Part shown: positions 1 to 11,045 of the stretch, piece by piece
Layout of the letters: each line of letters starts with the position of its first letter
How positions within the stretch are numbered: position 1 is the first letter of the stretch
Assembly: GCA_951406725.2 (NCBI GenBank)
Contig: OX597830.1
Span: 34,472,001-34,536,000, forward strand
Reading direction: 5' to 3'
Source: Octopus vulgaris
Lineage: Eukaryota
DNA: 64,000 nucleotides
Made by a program: the position numbers and the translations under genes
Notes under the pieces: model-generated
The model's input: only the letters and a program-made list of their open reading frames with translations
Told to the model about the DNA's origin: nothing
The model's database searches: none

Positions 1-380
1 TTTTCCACAATCTTCTTTCTACGAGGATCTCCTATGCCACTGTTTGCCCTGGTGTTGTCCTTCATATACATCACAAATCCAAACGCCAGCACTCTCTTCG
101 GTCTTAAAGCACTACACACAAATTCTCTTCTATTTTGTTTTTCTCTCACATCATTTGTGCTCCATCATTCATTCATTTATATGAACAATTTACATCCAGA
201 CATGGATATAATTTCCATAGAAGAGCTGCAAATATAACCTTAACAAATAATGTAAAAGTGCACTGCTAACACAGTAAAACGTGGTATTGACTTATAAAAA
301 CGTTTAATATACTTTATAGTATATTATGCTTACATAACAAGATACCACGTACCTATCAGCCATTAATATTTATGAACTAG

Positions 381-1053
381 AAGGCAGTGATCGGGCAGAA
401 ACGTTAGTACACGGGGTGAAATGCTTAACGGTATTTCGTCTGACTTTACATTCTGAGTTCAAATTCCACCATGGTTGACTTTGTCTTTCATTCTGTCGGG
501 CTCGATAAATTAAGTACCAGTTGCGTACTGGGGTCGTTCTAATCGACTGGCCCCTCTCCAAAATCTTCGGGCCTTGTGCCTAGAGTAGAAAAGATTCTCT
601 TCTAAAAAAAAGGCAGCGATTTGGCAGAAACGTTAGTATGCTGGGCAAAAGGCTTAGCGTTATTTCGTCTGTCTTTACATTCTGAGTTCAAATTCAACCA
701 AGGTTGACTTTGCTTTTCATCCTCTCGGGTCGATAAATTAAGTACCAGCTGTGTACTGGGGTCGATCTAATCGACTGGCCCCCTCCCCCAAAATCTCGGG
801 TCTTGTACCTAGAGTAGAAAAGATTCTCTTTTAAAAAAAGGCAGCGAGCCGGCAGAAACGTTAGTATGCTGGGCAAAAGGCTTAGCGGTATTTCGTCTGT
901 CTTTACATTCTAAGTCCAAATTCCACCACGGTTGACTTTGTCTTTCATTCTCTCAGGGTCGATAAATTAAGCACCAGTTGCATACTGGGTCGATCTAATC
1001 GACCAGCCTCCTTCCCCCAAAATTCCGTACCTTATGCCCAGAGTAGAAAAGAA
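381..1053 (+). mobile_element. Three head-to-tail copies (~229 bp unit) of a tRNA-derived SINE (family A)
   Basis: Units start at ~381, ~610 and ~838 (aaggcagcga..ggcagaaacgttag). Each has a B-box-like gagttcaaattcc, a central ttcatcc..gggtcgataaattaagtaccag block and the tail tagagtagaaaagat. The same family is dispersed across the window. Confidence 0.85.
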
Positions 1054-1515
1054 TATTTATATACCAGCTTCCAGGAATGTGTTTAATATGTACAGTTGGT
1101 ATATCCAATAACGTTAAACAGCTGTATTTTGTGGTTATTTAATCAAGGAGTTTGTGGATGATTAAGGGGTTAGATGGTTGCTGATAAAGGGGCAAAAACT
1201 CCCAAAATATGGCATATGGGCCCATTACCCATTTATCCATCTTCGATCATATTGTTTGTTTACATCTGACGTTTTGGTTAAGAAATGTCATAATAAAAAT
1301 CAGTGATGGCTATAATTTCCATAGAATATTTGTTGAGATAACCTTAACAAGTGATGTAAATCGCACTGCTAACACAGTAGAATATGGTTATTGACTAATA
1401 AAAATGCTTAAATATATTATGGTTGCATGACTAAATACCGTGTGCCTACAAGTCATTACTATGGTTCCACCATCTTCTTTCAGCCTTCATACATCCTCTA
1501 CATTCAATGCACAAT

Positions 1516-1617
1516 AGTATACTATTAGCTGTAAGTAAAGGGGTGATAATATACTACTGCATGGAAGAAAATGCAATGGTATGCTATCACCCCTTTACTT
1601 GTAGCCATCAGTATACT
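1516..1617. repeat. Imperfect ~47 bp-arm inverted repeat (MITE-like hairpin)
   Basis: agtatactattagctgtaagtaaaggggtgataatatactactgcat pairs with atgcaatggtatgctatcacccctttacttgtagccatcagtatact across an 8-nt loop. Confidence 0.8.
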
Positions 1618-1711
1618 GTAACCCTTTTAATTGCAAAAATAATAACTGTATAAACTTGCAGCACCCTCTCCTGACACTGGTTACTATACTATTGCAATTG
1701 ATATTTACTAT

Positions 1712-2095
1712 TACTCTTTTACTTGTTTCAGTCATTTGACTCTGGCCATGCAGGTGCACTGCCTTTAGCCGAGCAAATCGACCCCAGGACTTATTCTTTG
1801 GAAACCTAGTACTTATTCTATCAGTCTCTTTTGCTGAACCGCTAAGTTACGGGGACATAAACACACTAGCTTCAGTTGTCAAGCGGTCGTGTGGTGGAAA
1901 AACACAGACACACAAACATATACATATATATGATGGTCTTCTTTCAGTTTACATCTACCAAATCCACTCACAAGACTTTGATCGGCTGGAGGCTATAGTA
2001 GAAGACACTTGCCCAAGGTGCCACGCAGTGGGACTGAACCCAGAACCATGTGGTTTGTAAGCAAGCTACTTACCGCACAGTCACCCCTACACCTA
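1712..2095 (-). mobile_element. SINE family B (tRNA-like head, CORE-like block, internal (TA)/(TG) microsatellite, gtaaaaga tail)
   Basis: Reverse complement matches the 10636-11045 copy along its full length. Confidence 0.85.
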
Positions 2096-2111
2096 TAAAA
2101 GGATAGAAAGA

Positions 2112-2230
2112 CATTTACAGCACCGAGGTTTCCTAAGCATTCAGACATCTAAGTACTAACTAGGCTCGATGTTGCTTAACTTTGGTGATCAGATGAGAAC
2201 CAGTGTTTTCAAAGTGATATGGCCATAAAC
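2112..2230 (-). pseudogene. 5S rRNA pseudogene (full length, diverged)
   Basis: Reverse complement gtttatggccatatcactttgaaaacactggttctcatctgatcaccaaagttaagcaacatcgagcctagttagtacttagatg...ggtgctgtaaatg aligns with metazoan 5S rRNA (~119 nt). Most CpGs are mutated and it is a solitary copy. Confidence 0.9.
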
Positions 2231-4555
2231 AATTGATTAAATCATCTTGATAACAGGAGTTTCTAGCCATTTGTAATGAGTCAGTCCATCATTTGAAAAA
2301 TGTTGGTCTGACTACTAACCATACCTGTGTAGCTGCTACTCTTGAAGTTCGTATTTTTTAAGTATGCATGTATTTTTGTTTCATCTCTGGTGTCGTACTA
2401 GTTACATTGAATCCTTACATTGAATCCAGAATTCTTACATATTTCTTTGTGCATATTGATCATGATTGCTTTCCATTTAGTGGTAGACTTCTCTTGCTAA
2501 GACATTTGTCTATGGTAGAATTACTTTTGGATTTACTTTTTACTGTCTGTTAGGGGTTCTGCTTTGACATTTCCAATTTTTCTCTTGTATTCCAAGGTAT
2601 TTGGCTATGAGAACTAGATAGATATCTTGGATGCAGGAAATCTAAAGGATAACTACTGTTGGACTGTTTTGGAATTACACATACACACGCGCATACATGT
2701 ACACATGTATGCATGCACACATACATACACACATGCACACACACACACACACACACACACACAAGTCTGAAAATAAATCAACAGAGAAGTACTGTGGTTT
2801 ATTCATCTCTTTTCAATCTTTCTATTAATTTTCTTTCTCTTAAGAATTAGTTATAACTTTTAAAAGAATGTTTTTTCAAAATGTAACCACAAAATTCCAT
2901 GGCAAAGTGATTGCCATTGCTTTTCTATGAGATCTGATAGAATATTGTATCATATTTCTTTCCTTTTTTCCGTAGAGAAAATGATAACATTTTTACAGCA
3001 ACAAATTACAAATGGGAATCCTCTATGTAATCTGGGTTTCATTTGTGATTGAAATCATAGACCTATTCTCCAGATAAGTTTTAGTTAGCACTAGAGCAAA
3101 CAGGTTGAGTGTCACTCATCATGTAGATATTGTGGTTTATACCACAGTTCACCAATTGGAGTGGACAAACCTGTTATCAAAAACATTCTTTCTATGATTA
3201 CTCCTATCATTTCTTTTCAGTCAGCGTGATTCTTGATCTACATTGTCCAGCAAGCGTGTCCTTTTTAAATATAAGCTGGAATTTGAAGATTATGAAATTG
3301 AAAATATAAAATTATGTTTGTAAATTAACAAGTATTAGTGTAAAACTACTTGTGTATGTTTCAATAAAGTTTTGCAGAAAAAGATAAAGGGAAAGTGAAA
3401 CTACGTTTTATAAACCAGTTTAGAGTTTTCACCTTTGTGAAGTTTAAATTATGTTCATCAATGCAATTATTAATCCATGTGGTGGAAGAAACATGTTGGA
3501 TTAATTTTAAAATAGAAATGTTGCTTATGTCATGTTTACACAAGGTATGTAATGCTGCTTTGTGTGTTTCATATCACATATCTTGTTTTGATAGAGACAT
3601 ATATTGGTTATTTTTTTTCAATAAGTTATATTCTGATTTATACAAAATAAAGGTTCTTTCTTTCTAGGAGGAAGGATATTTAATTTAGATATCTGATAAA
3701 CTTGTAACAAATTTCTGATAAAAAAAAAAAAATCAGCTTTACACAGCATGTGTCAAATCAGTGGTTGGATTTTTAAAAATAGAAGATAAGGAATATATTC
3801 AGTATTTTAGGTTAATTAAAATATGTTTCTTTTATTGTTTTATTACTTTTCCATTATTGAGTCAGTATATTTTAGAATCGAGAGACTGAATCATTTAGTA
3901 AAACTACTCCCCCAAAATTTCTATACACAGACTCAAGGGATTTATTCTTGTATATGGTTCCCTGATCTGCTTTTGGTGTACCAACATTCTCTTCCTAGGT
4001 GACATGCTTGTTTGTCCAGTATAGTCTTCACAGAAACATTTACCAGTTGTAATGCATTACTAAGTTGTTATCATTACAATAAAATTTGCTTTGAGTTTTT
4101 GGAAAAGAGATCTTTGTAATTCCCTAATAAAGAGATAGTAGTGTGTTAAGCAAAATGAAATTGGTTTATTTCATATATTGTATCCTTCCACAGAGCCAGA
4201 ATACTTCAACTTGCACTTCAGAGGAAACTTGATTCATCTGAAGAAATGAGCATTTAAAAGTTCTACATACATATACATGTATGTATGTATGTATGTATGT
4301 ATGTATGTATGTATGTATGTATGTATGCATGTATGTATGTATGTATGTATGTATGTCTGTATGTATGTATTATGATGTATGTATGTATGTATGTATGTAT
4401 GTGTGTGTGTATGTGAGAAGTATATACACATACAAAGGTGTCTTTGAGCTACAGATGCATAACCTTTCTGAGTTCTGTTGTATATCAATTCCCAATTCTT
4501 GGATGGGACGCCATTCTACTGCAGGAATACTTATTTTGTACAAGCTACCAGCATC

Positions 4556-4893
4556 GCCTTACTGGCAATTGTGCCGGTGGCACGTGAAAAATCATTCGAG
4601 CAAGGTCGTTGCTAATGCTGCTGGACTGGGTCCTGTGCAGGTGGCATGTAAAAAACACCATTTGAACATGGCCATTGCCAGTACTGCATGATTGGTCCTC
4701 GTGCTGGTGCCACATAAATGCACCCACTATAATCTCGGAGTGGTTGGCGTTAGGAAGGGTATCCAGCTGTAGAAACTGCCAGATCAGATTCGAGCCTGGT
4801 GCAGCCATCTGGTTCGCCAGTCCTCAGCCAAATCGTCCAACCCATGCTAGCATGGAAAGCAGATGTTAAACCATGATGATGATGATGATGATG
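4556..4893 (+). mobile_element. SINE-like family C (ggttggcgttaggaagggcatccagctgtagaa core, (GAT)n tail)
   Basis: Same core and the tail catgctagcatggaaa..gttaaa(cgat/gat)n recur at 31300, 45838, 55345, 56275, 60850 and 61984. Confidence 0.75.
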
Positions 4894-4894
4894 T

Positions 4895-5022
4895 TGAGCA
4901 GGCTGGAGCAATGGGGAATGGAGTGCTTTGCTCAAGAACACAACACATTTTCAGATCCTGAAATCAAAACCACATCCTTATGATTACGAGTGCAACACCT
5001 AACCACAAAGCCATACACCTCC
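4895..5022 (-). mobile_element. SINE family D head fragment
   Basis: Shares ttgctcaagaacaca and a tRNA-like head with 26833, 28670, 58958 and 62360. Confidence 0.55.
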
Positions 5023-5319
5023 ACTATATATATATATTGGCATAATGAACCTCCCAAGATAAAATTATATATATGTGTGTGTGTATAGGTGGTCCATTCA
5101 CATACACAGCAGCTCTCACAAACACACACATGGAAGAGAGTGAGCTGGTATACACGTGAACACCAGTATCTTCAGAAATCATCTCGGCACATATTTGTAC
5201 ATTGTTCCAGGCACGATTACGCAGCTATAATAATTATGTTTGATTTATATAGTATATGAATGTACATATCAAAGCATTATATATCTTGACATGAATGTAC
5301 TTGTGTATGTAAGAGTATG

Positions 5320-5371
5320 TTTGTGTTGTATGTGTGTGTGTGTGTGTATGTTTGCATATACGTATATGTAC

Positions 5372-5413
<42 letters not shown>

Positions 5414-5575
5414 TTGTATGAATATGTTTGTATATATTTATACAGATAGATATTCATATGCACATACATATGCATACATATATATATACATACGTACATA
5501 TATGTATATATATATACATTTATATATACATATATATATATACATTTATATATACATACACATATTTATATATAC

Positions 5576-5630
<55 letters not shown>

Positions 5631-5784
5631 TTCATCTTAATTCAAATAAATGGTAAAACAAATATACAGACAGCTGCATGTATATATAGTTTGACATTGA
5701 TTGAACATTGTGTATATGTATATATATATATATATGAATACATACATATATATATACATATATAAATGTGTGTTAGTGTGTGTG

Positions 5785-5845
<61 letters not shown>

Positions 5846-5890
5846 TCAGAGAGAAAAGAGAGAGAGAGAGATAGAGAGAGAGAGAATGTG
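5320..5890. repeat. Compound (TG)n/(TA)n/(GA)n microsatellite field
   Basis: Directly visible. Confidence 0.95.
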
Positions 5891-6815
5891 TTTGCCCAGT
5901 GGTTGTTTGTATTGTGAGTGTGTGAGTGAGAGTGAATACATGTGTGTTTTTCTGCCAATAGATATGTTTGTGTGTAAGTGTTTTTTCTGATAAGTGATTG
6001 TTATTGTGGTATAAAATGTTTATCTTCTTTGAGCTTCCGCAATTAAAGTACATTATAACAACGTTCAAAGACGGAACAATAAGAATTACCAGACTAATGA
6101 GGTAACATTAATACTAGCAGCAGCAACAGCCACCAGAACACCAACAACAACAACAATGATAGCAAAAATTATATCTTGTCATGTAAATATATCTGTGTGT
6201 ATGTGTGTGTGTTTGTATATATGTATATGTGTGTGTATGTGTTTGTATATGTAGTGTGTGTGTGTGTGTGTTTATGTCAATGCAGGTTAGTGACTATTTA
6301 TTATTTCTGTTGTCTCCCTTAATATCATAGCTTAGCAGTTCAACAAAAAGAAATCGATGAATTAGCTATGAACTGATGTAATCACTTTGTTCAATGCGAT
6401 CAACAAAAAATCTCTGAAATGTAGTACCCCAGAATGGCTGCTGTCCAGTGAGTTATACCAGTGAAAGCATAAAATAATATTAGCTTATCTTGTCAGATAT
6501 AAACTATTAAATAAAGGATTGCCATTGCCAATAAGGTTCGTTTATAGTCATGCACAGCCAGGATTGACCTGGGGCTAAATAACAAGATTAAAACACAATA
6601 TTTCATTTATCCACTATTTTGAAACATATTGCATAACAGCAAGAACTATGCTGATATCAGGAAACAAAATTTACATCACAAGGCTGTCATATCTTCATAC
6701 ATGTATTCAATGATTGTTTTATTGAATTCATTCATTTGATTGTTGTCAGACTGGAGCACCAAGTTTGAGTGCTTCATTTGATTTCATCAATACTAGTACG
6801 TTGTCTGGCACCAAT

Positions 6816-6973
6816 GAGTGGCTGTGTGGTAAGAAGTTTGTTTGCCAACCACATGGTTTTGGGTTCAGTCCTACTGTAGTGCACTTTGGACAGGTGTCTT
6901 CTGTGGCCTTGGCCAATCAAATCCTTGTGAGTAAACTTGGTAGAGAAAAAAAACAGAAAGTAGCCTGCCTGCC

Positions 6974-7020
<47 letters not shown>

Positions 7021-7212
7021 TTTGTCCTCTACATCCACTTTACAACTGGTGTTGGTGTATTTATGGCACCATAACTCAACGGTTCATCAAAAAAAAAATG
7101 ATTGAATAAGTACCAGGCTTATAAAAAGTATACTGAGGTCAAATCATTTGACTAAAATTCTTAAGGTGGTGCCCCAGCATGGCCAGAGTCTCATGACTGG
7201 AATAATAAAAGA
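6816..7212 (+). mobile_element. SINE family B, diverged
   Basis: Head gagtggctgtgtggtaag, internal (TG)n, tail ccccagcatggcc..gactgg. Confidence 0.8.
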
Positions 7213-7496
7213 CAGAAAAAGATGAACTGTAAAGCAAGATTAGCATATAGGGGATGTAATACCATAAAGTATTTTGCTATCATTATAACCTTTGACACAA
7301 GTGTGATTTTGTGGTTGAGAAACTCTCCTTGCAACTATATGGTTTGGGTTCACTCCCAGTGCATGGTTCATTGGGCAATGCTTTCTAATATAAGCCTTGG
7401 GCACACCAATGCCTTGTGAGTGAATTTGATACAAGGAAACTGTACAAAACCCTATTGTACATATATGTATGTGTGTGTGTATGTGTGTATATATAT

Positions 7497-7690
7497 GTTC
7501 TGGAGAAGGACATCATGCTCGGAATGGTCAGTGGCAAGAGAAGAAGAGGCCGACCAAGAACCCGCTGGCTTGACACCATCAAGAGTGATACCAGAATGGA
7601 CATAGCCAATCTGAAAGAAGTGGCCCAGGATAGAACTGACTGGAGGACACTGATCCAATGAGTAACCAAGAGTCGACTTCGACTGAGCGG
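7497..7690 (+). mobile_element. RTE-clade (BovB-like) LINE 3' terminal fragment inserted in a SINE B microsatellite
   Basis: Translates LEKDIMLGMVSGKRRRGRPRTRWLDTIKSDTRMDIANLKEVAQDRTDWRTLIQ*VTKSRLRLS, the characteristic RTE/BovB C-terminus. Preceded by a SINE B head (~7300-7496). Confidence 0.85.
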
Positions 7691-7896
7691 ATATATATAT
7701 ATATATATATATATATAGATATATATATATATGGGTGTGTGTGATTGTGTATAGAAGAATATATTAATAAAAAGAATTCCAACCTTGTCTGATTTTCACG
7801 TTTTATTTACAATCTTATAATGATATATTATAAGATAATATATTATAATTGAATAAAATAAAATGAAATAGTAGAATGTTAAATATTCATTCTGAT

Positions 7897-7941
7897 TGAA
7901 CTAGTACTTTCATGCATTGAATTCTGCAATCTTCGGGTTCA
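7897..7941 (-). ncRNA. Minimal type I hammerhead ribozyme motif (C4 core variant)
   Basis: Minus strand: ugaac-CCGAAGA-u-ugca(gaauucaa)ugca-u-GAA-AGUACU-A-guuca. Stem I ugaac/guuca, palindromic stem III. Confidence 0.7.
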
Positions 7942-8435
7942 TGTAGTAGTGTTGACAGTCATGCTTCACAATTTTTGACTGTAGCAAGATGAGTGATTCT
8001 GTGCTATAAATACAGCTGGGTAGGCTCCAGAGTGCTAGGTTTTGCAAACTGTATTCTGACCAATCAGTGTGTAGTATCACTCCATTACTTAAGCTGATTG
8101 GTTGGTTGAGCTGATTGGTTTAGGCATCACGCTTTGTTGGACAGGTCAAGAGTCCTGTATCTTGACCCTGGCCGAAGCAGCAATTGTTGGGTTATTTTTA
8201 GAAATGTTGTAAATATCCTTTGTCAGAGATTTTTATATTTTTATATTTCAATTGTCATCATCATCATTGTCAGCACCTTAATTATTGTTGCTAGTGGTGA
8301 TGGTGGTGGCAATAGAACTTTTAACCCTAAATAAGATAATTTTCCTGCTATCTTCGTCTTGATCACCTTTAGTATTGTTGTTGTTGTTAGTGGTCATGGT
8401 CGTAGCAGTGGAAGTAATACCTCTAAGTATTATTA

Positions 8436-9146
8436 TTATTGCTTATTTAGCTTGGGTTCGAATTTATCAATAAAATTCTTTTCTCTGATTTTCCTCTCGA
8501 TTTCACTTGGGCTGTGTAATTTGTAGAATGGAAATATTATATATATTTTCCGACCACATCTTGCTAGGTGGTTACTCAAAGGTATCTGACGGACCTCTGG
8601 GTCTCTAATCTGTTGCCGGTGTACACGTGAGCGTTCTAATAGTGCGTTTCCCGTCTGACCTACATATATTTCTTCACAATTTGGGCATTTGATGCAGTAA
8701 ATTAAATTTCTGCTTTTGCAGTTCATATTCGCGTTTGTGAATATTTTCCCGGTTTTTGTGTTTATATATTGACCGGTATGTATGAATTGGCATGTGCCAC
8801 ATCGGCTATCATTGCATTTAGATACCGTGAATGTTTGGTCTTTGTTGCTGAGGTCAAATTTTGCCTTTGTTAGTAATGTTTTCAAGTTTTTAGGCTGTCT
8901 TTTACTAAGCACCATAGCTCGATCTTTGATTATGTCTTTTAATTCATTACTTTGGGCAATGATTGGTAGGTTTGCTTTGGCAATGTTGAAGATATTCTGG
9001 TGACATGGGTTGTGTGTCACTATGAATGGTATGACTTGTTCTTGTTTTCCTCTTCCTTGGGTTGTCCTAAGTTGTTGTATAGGTATTTTTATAGCCCGCT
9101 GTATGCCATTTTCTATAAGTAGAGATGGGTATTTTTGTTTGAGCAA
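8436..9146 (-). CDS. Partial PLE ORF: C-terminal GIY-YIG endonuclease (frame open further to ~9215)
   Basis: Motifs CNDSRCGTC, NMNCKSRNLIYCIKCPNC-EEIYVGQTG..ER..H and RE..I..FEPKLN. The 5' end is truncated, so it is not a complete gene. Confidence 0.85.
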   Translation of the reverse strand: MLKQKYPSLLIENGIQRAIKIPIQQLRTTQGRGKQEQVIPFIVTHNPCHQNIFNIAKANLPIIAQSNELKDIIKDRAMVLSKRQPKNLKTLLTKAKFDLSNKDQTFTVSKCNDSRCGTCQFIHTGQYINTKTGKIFTNANMNCKSRNLIYCIKCPNCEEIYVGQTGNALLERSRVHRQQIRDPEVRQIPLSNHLARCGRKIYIIFPFYKLHSPSEIERKIREKNFIDKFEPKLNKQ

Positions 9147-9372
9147 AAATTCTCTTAGTTCTATTAGGTGTTTGTTCCTGATATTTGCATCTTCTACAAT
9201 AGTACAAATTCTTCTGGCTTATATGTATATATAAGTATATATATATAAATTAGAAACAAAACCCACCATTTATCAATTCAACAATGAAAAATTACATATT
9301 ATAGAGAGATTAAATATAAGATAAAAAATATAACAATGATTACATAATATGCAAAATAGTAAATAAATAAAA

Positions 9373-9720
9373 TGTGTTACAGGAACATAAACCCACAAAC
9401 ACCAGTTGTCAAGCAATGGTGGTGGGGAAGACAAATAAAACACACAAAGACACAAAGATATATATCTATATATCTATATATGTGTATATATATATATATG
9501 TATATATATTCTTTAATTCGTTTATTTGTTTCAGTCATTTGACAGTGGCCATGCTGGAGCACTGCCTTTAGCCAAACAGATCAACCCCAGGACTTATTCT
9601 TTGTAAGCCTAGTACTTATTCTATCGGTCTCTTTTGCCAAACTGCTAAGTTACAAGGACATAAACACACCAACATCAGTTGTCAAGTGATGGTGGGGGTA
9701 GACAAACACAGACACACAAG
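9373..9720 (-). mobile_element. Two partial SINE B 3' halves
   Basis: Match to the SINE B tail (tttcagtcatttgac..ggccatgctggagcac). Confidence 0.75.
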
Positions 9721-9734
9721 CATATACATACATA

Positions 9735-9765
<31 letters not shown>

Positions 9766-9771
<6 letters not shown>

Positions 9772-9965
9772 AGAAAAAAAGTCATCAGAATTTTGAAAAA
9801 AAAAATTTTTTTATCTCTTCATTATTATTAGTGCTTTCGTTCCTTTCTCGAACTTATCAGATAAGATTTTATTTGACAAGTTCAAGAAAGGAGCGAAAGC
9901 GCTAATAATAATAAAGAAGTAAAAAGATTTCTTTACCAAAATTCTGACGACTTTTTTCTCAATAT
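9766..9965. mobile_element. ~100 bp-arm palindrome carrying two divergent hammerhead-like motifs (putative PLE pLTR fold-back)
   Basis: Arms atattgagaaaaaaagtcatcagaattttg... and ...caaaattctgacgacttttttctcaatat, centre ~9866. Hammerhead motifs at 9825-9864 (-) and 9869-9908 (+). Confidence 0.75.
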
Positions 9966-10029
9966 TCAATTTCTGTATATCACACTTAACACACACACAC
10001 TCTCTCTCTCTCTATATATATATATATTG

Positions 10030-10285
10030 ATAGAAATGTTAAGACAACATAAGAAAAAGACCTCGATATAAATAGAGGAATTTATCTGTAAATATAATAT
10101 GCAACAATTATTCGGTAGCCATGATAAAATTCCAAGTTTTGGATGTCGGGACGGAAACCCATGCTGCCATCTCTTCAGTTATCCAGCCATCGAAAAAAAA
10201 TTTTTTTTGGTGACCAGATAACTGAAGAGATGGCAGTGTAGGTTTGCATCCCAACATCCGAAACTCGGAGTTTTATCATGGCTAC
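10030..10285. mobile_element. Asymmetric palindrome (arms 10115-10200 / 10201-10285) of a Naiad-related pLTR with two divergent hammerheads
   Basis: Arms are homologous to the Naiad 3' region 11970-12056. Flanked by (TA)n. Confidence 0.8.
10214..10281 (+). ncRNA. Type I hammerhead ribozyme motif, canonical core
   Basis: ccagauaa-CUGAAGA-gaug..cauc-c-GAA-ACUcggAGU-U-uuauc(a)ugg. Stems I, II and III can all pair, predicted cleavage triplet GUU. Confidence 0.75.
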
Positions 10286-10337
10286 TATATAAGTGTCACA
10301 TATTATATTTACAGATATATATATATATATATATATA

Positions 10338-10523
10338 TACACGACAGACTTATATATACATACACACAGGGTTTTTCTTGGTTTCTGTGTATCAAATTCA
10401 CTCTCAAGGCTTTGGTTGGACCAAAGCTGTAACAGAAGACACTTGCCCAAAGTGGCACACAGTGGGACAGAACCGTGAATTATGTGGCTAGAAAGCAAAC
10501 ATCTTACCACTCAGCCATGCCTA
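10338..10523 (-). mobile_element. SINE family B 5' half
   Basis: Reverse complement matches the SINE B head. Confidence 0.75.
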
Positions 10524-10635
10524 TACAGACATAATTACATATACATAAATAAATAAATTTACACAGTTATATTATTTTGATACATATATTGGTAATTTTG
10601 TATATTATTCATGATATATATATAGATATATATAT

Positions 10636-11045
10636 AGGAGTGGCTGTGTGGTAAGTAGCTGGCTTACCAACCACATGGTTCCGGGTTCAGTCCCACAGCA
10701 TGGCACCTTGGGCAAGTGTCTTCTACTATAGCCTCGGGCCGAACAAAGCCTTGTGAGTGGATTTGGTAGTCGGAAACTGAAAGAAGCCTGTCGTATATAT
10801 GTATATATATATGTGTGTGTGTGTATGTTCGTGTGTATGTGTTTGTCCCCCTAGCATTGCTTGACAACCGATGCTGGTGTGTTTATGTCCCCGTCATTTA
10901 GCGGTTTGGCAAAAGAGACCGATAGAATAAGTACTGGGCTTACAAAGAATAAGTCCCGGGGTTGAGTTGCTCGACTAAAGGCGGTGCTCCAGCATGGCCG
11001 CAGTCAAATGACTGAAACAAGTAAAAGAGTAAAAGAGTAAAGAGT
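10636..11045 (+). mobile_element. SINE family B, full length, CpG-retaining (young) copy
   Basis: ggagtggctgtgtggtaag (A-box-like), gggttcagtccc (B-box-like), ggcaccttgggcaagtg (CORE-like), internal (TA)(TG), tail (gtaaaaga)n. Confidence 0.9.

Larger units (their letters stand above)
7745..9220 (-). mobile_element. 5'-truncated Penelope-like element (Neptune-type) with end of RT thumb, Zn linker, GIY-YIG endonuclease and 3' pLTR
   Basis: Carries ORF 8436-9146 and a hammerhead motif in the downstream UTR. Both ends abut (TA)n. Confidence 0.85.

Noticed and set aside
5140-5180. CUGAAGA followed by a hairpin on the minus strand
   Set aside because: No GAAA or stem III follows, so a hammerhead cannot be supported.
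4234-6068. Many ORFs rich in YI, CV, MYV or HT dipeptides, here and throughout the window
   Set aside because: They are translations of (TA)n, (TG)n and (TATG)n microsatellites that lack stops by construction.
10636-10710. tRNA gene
   Set aside because: The A/B-box-like head continues into a SINE body repeated many times, and I found no complete cloverleaf.
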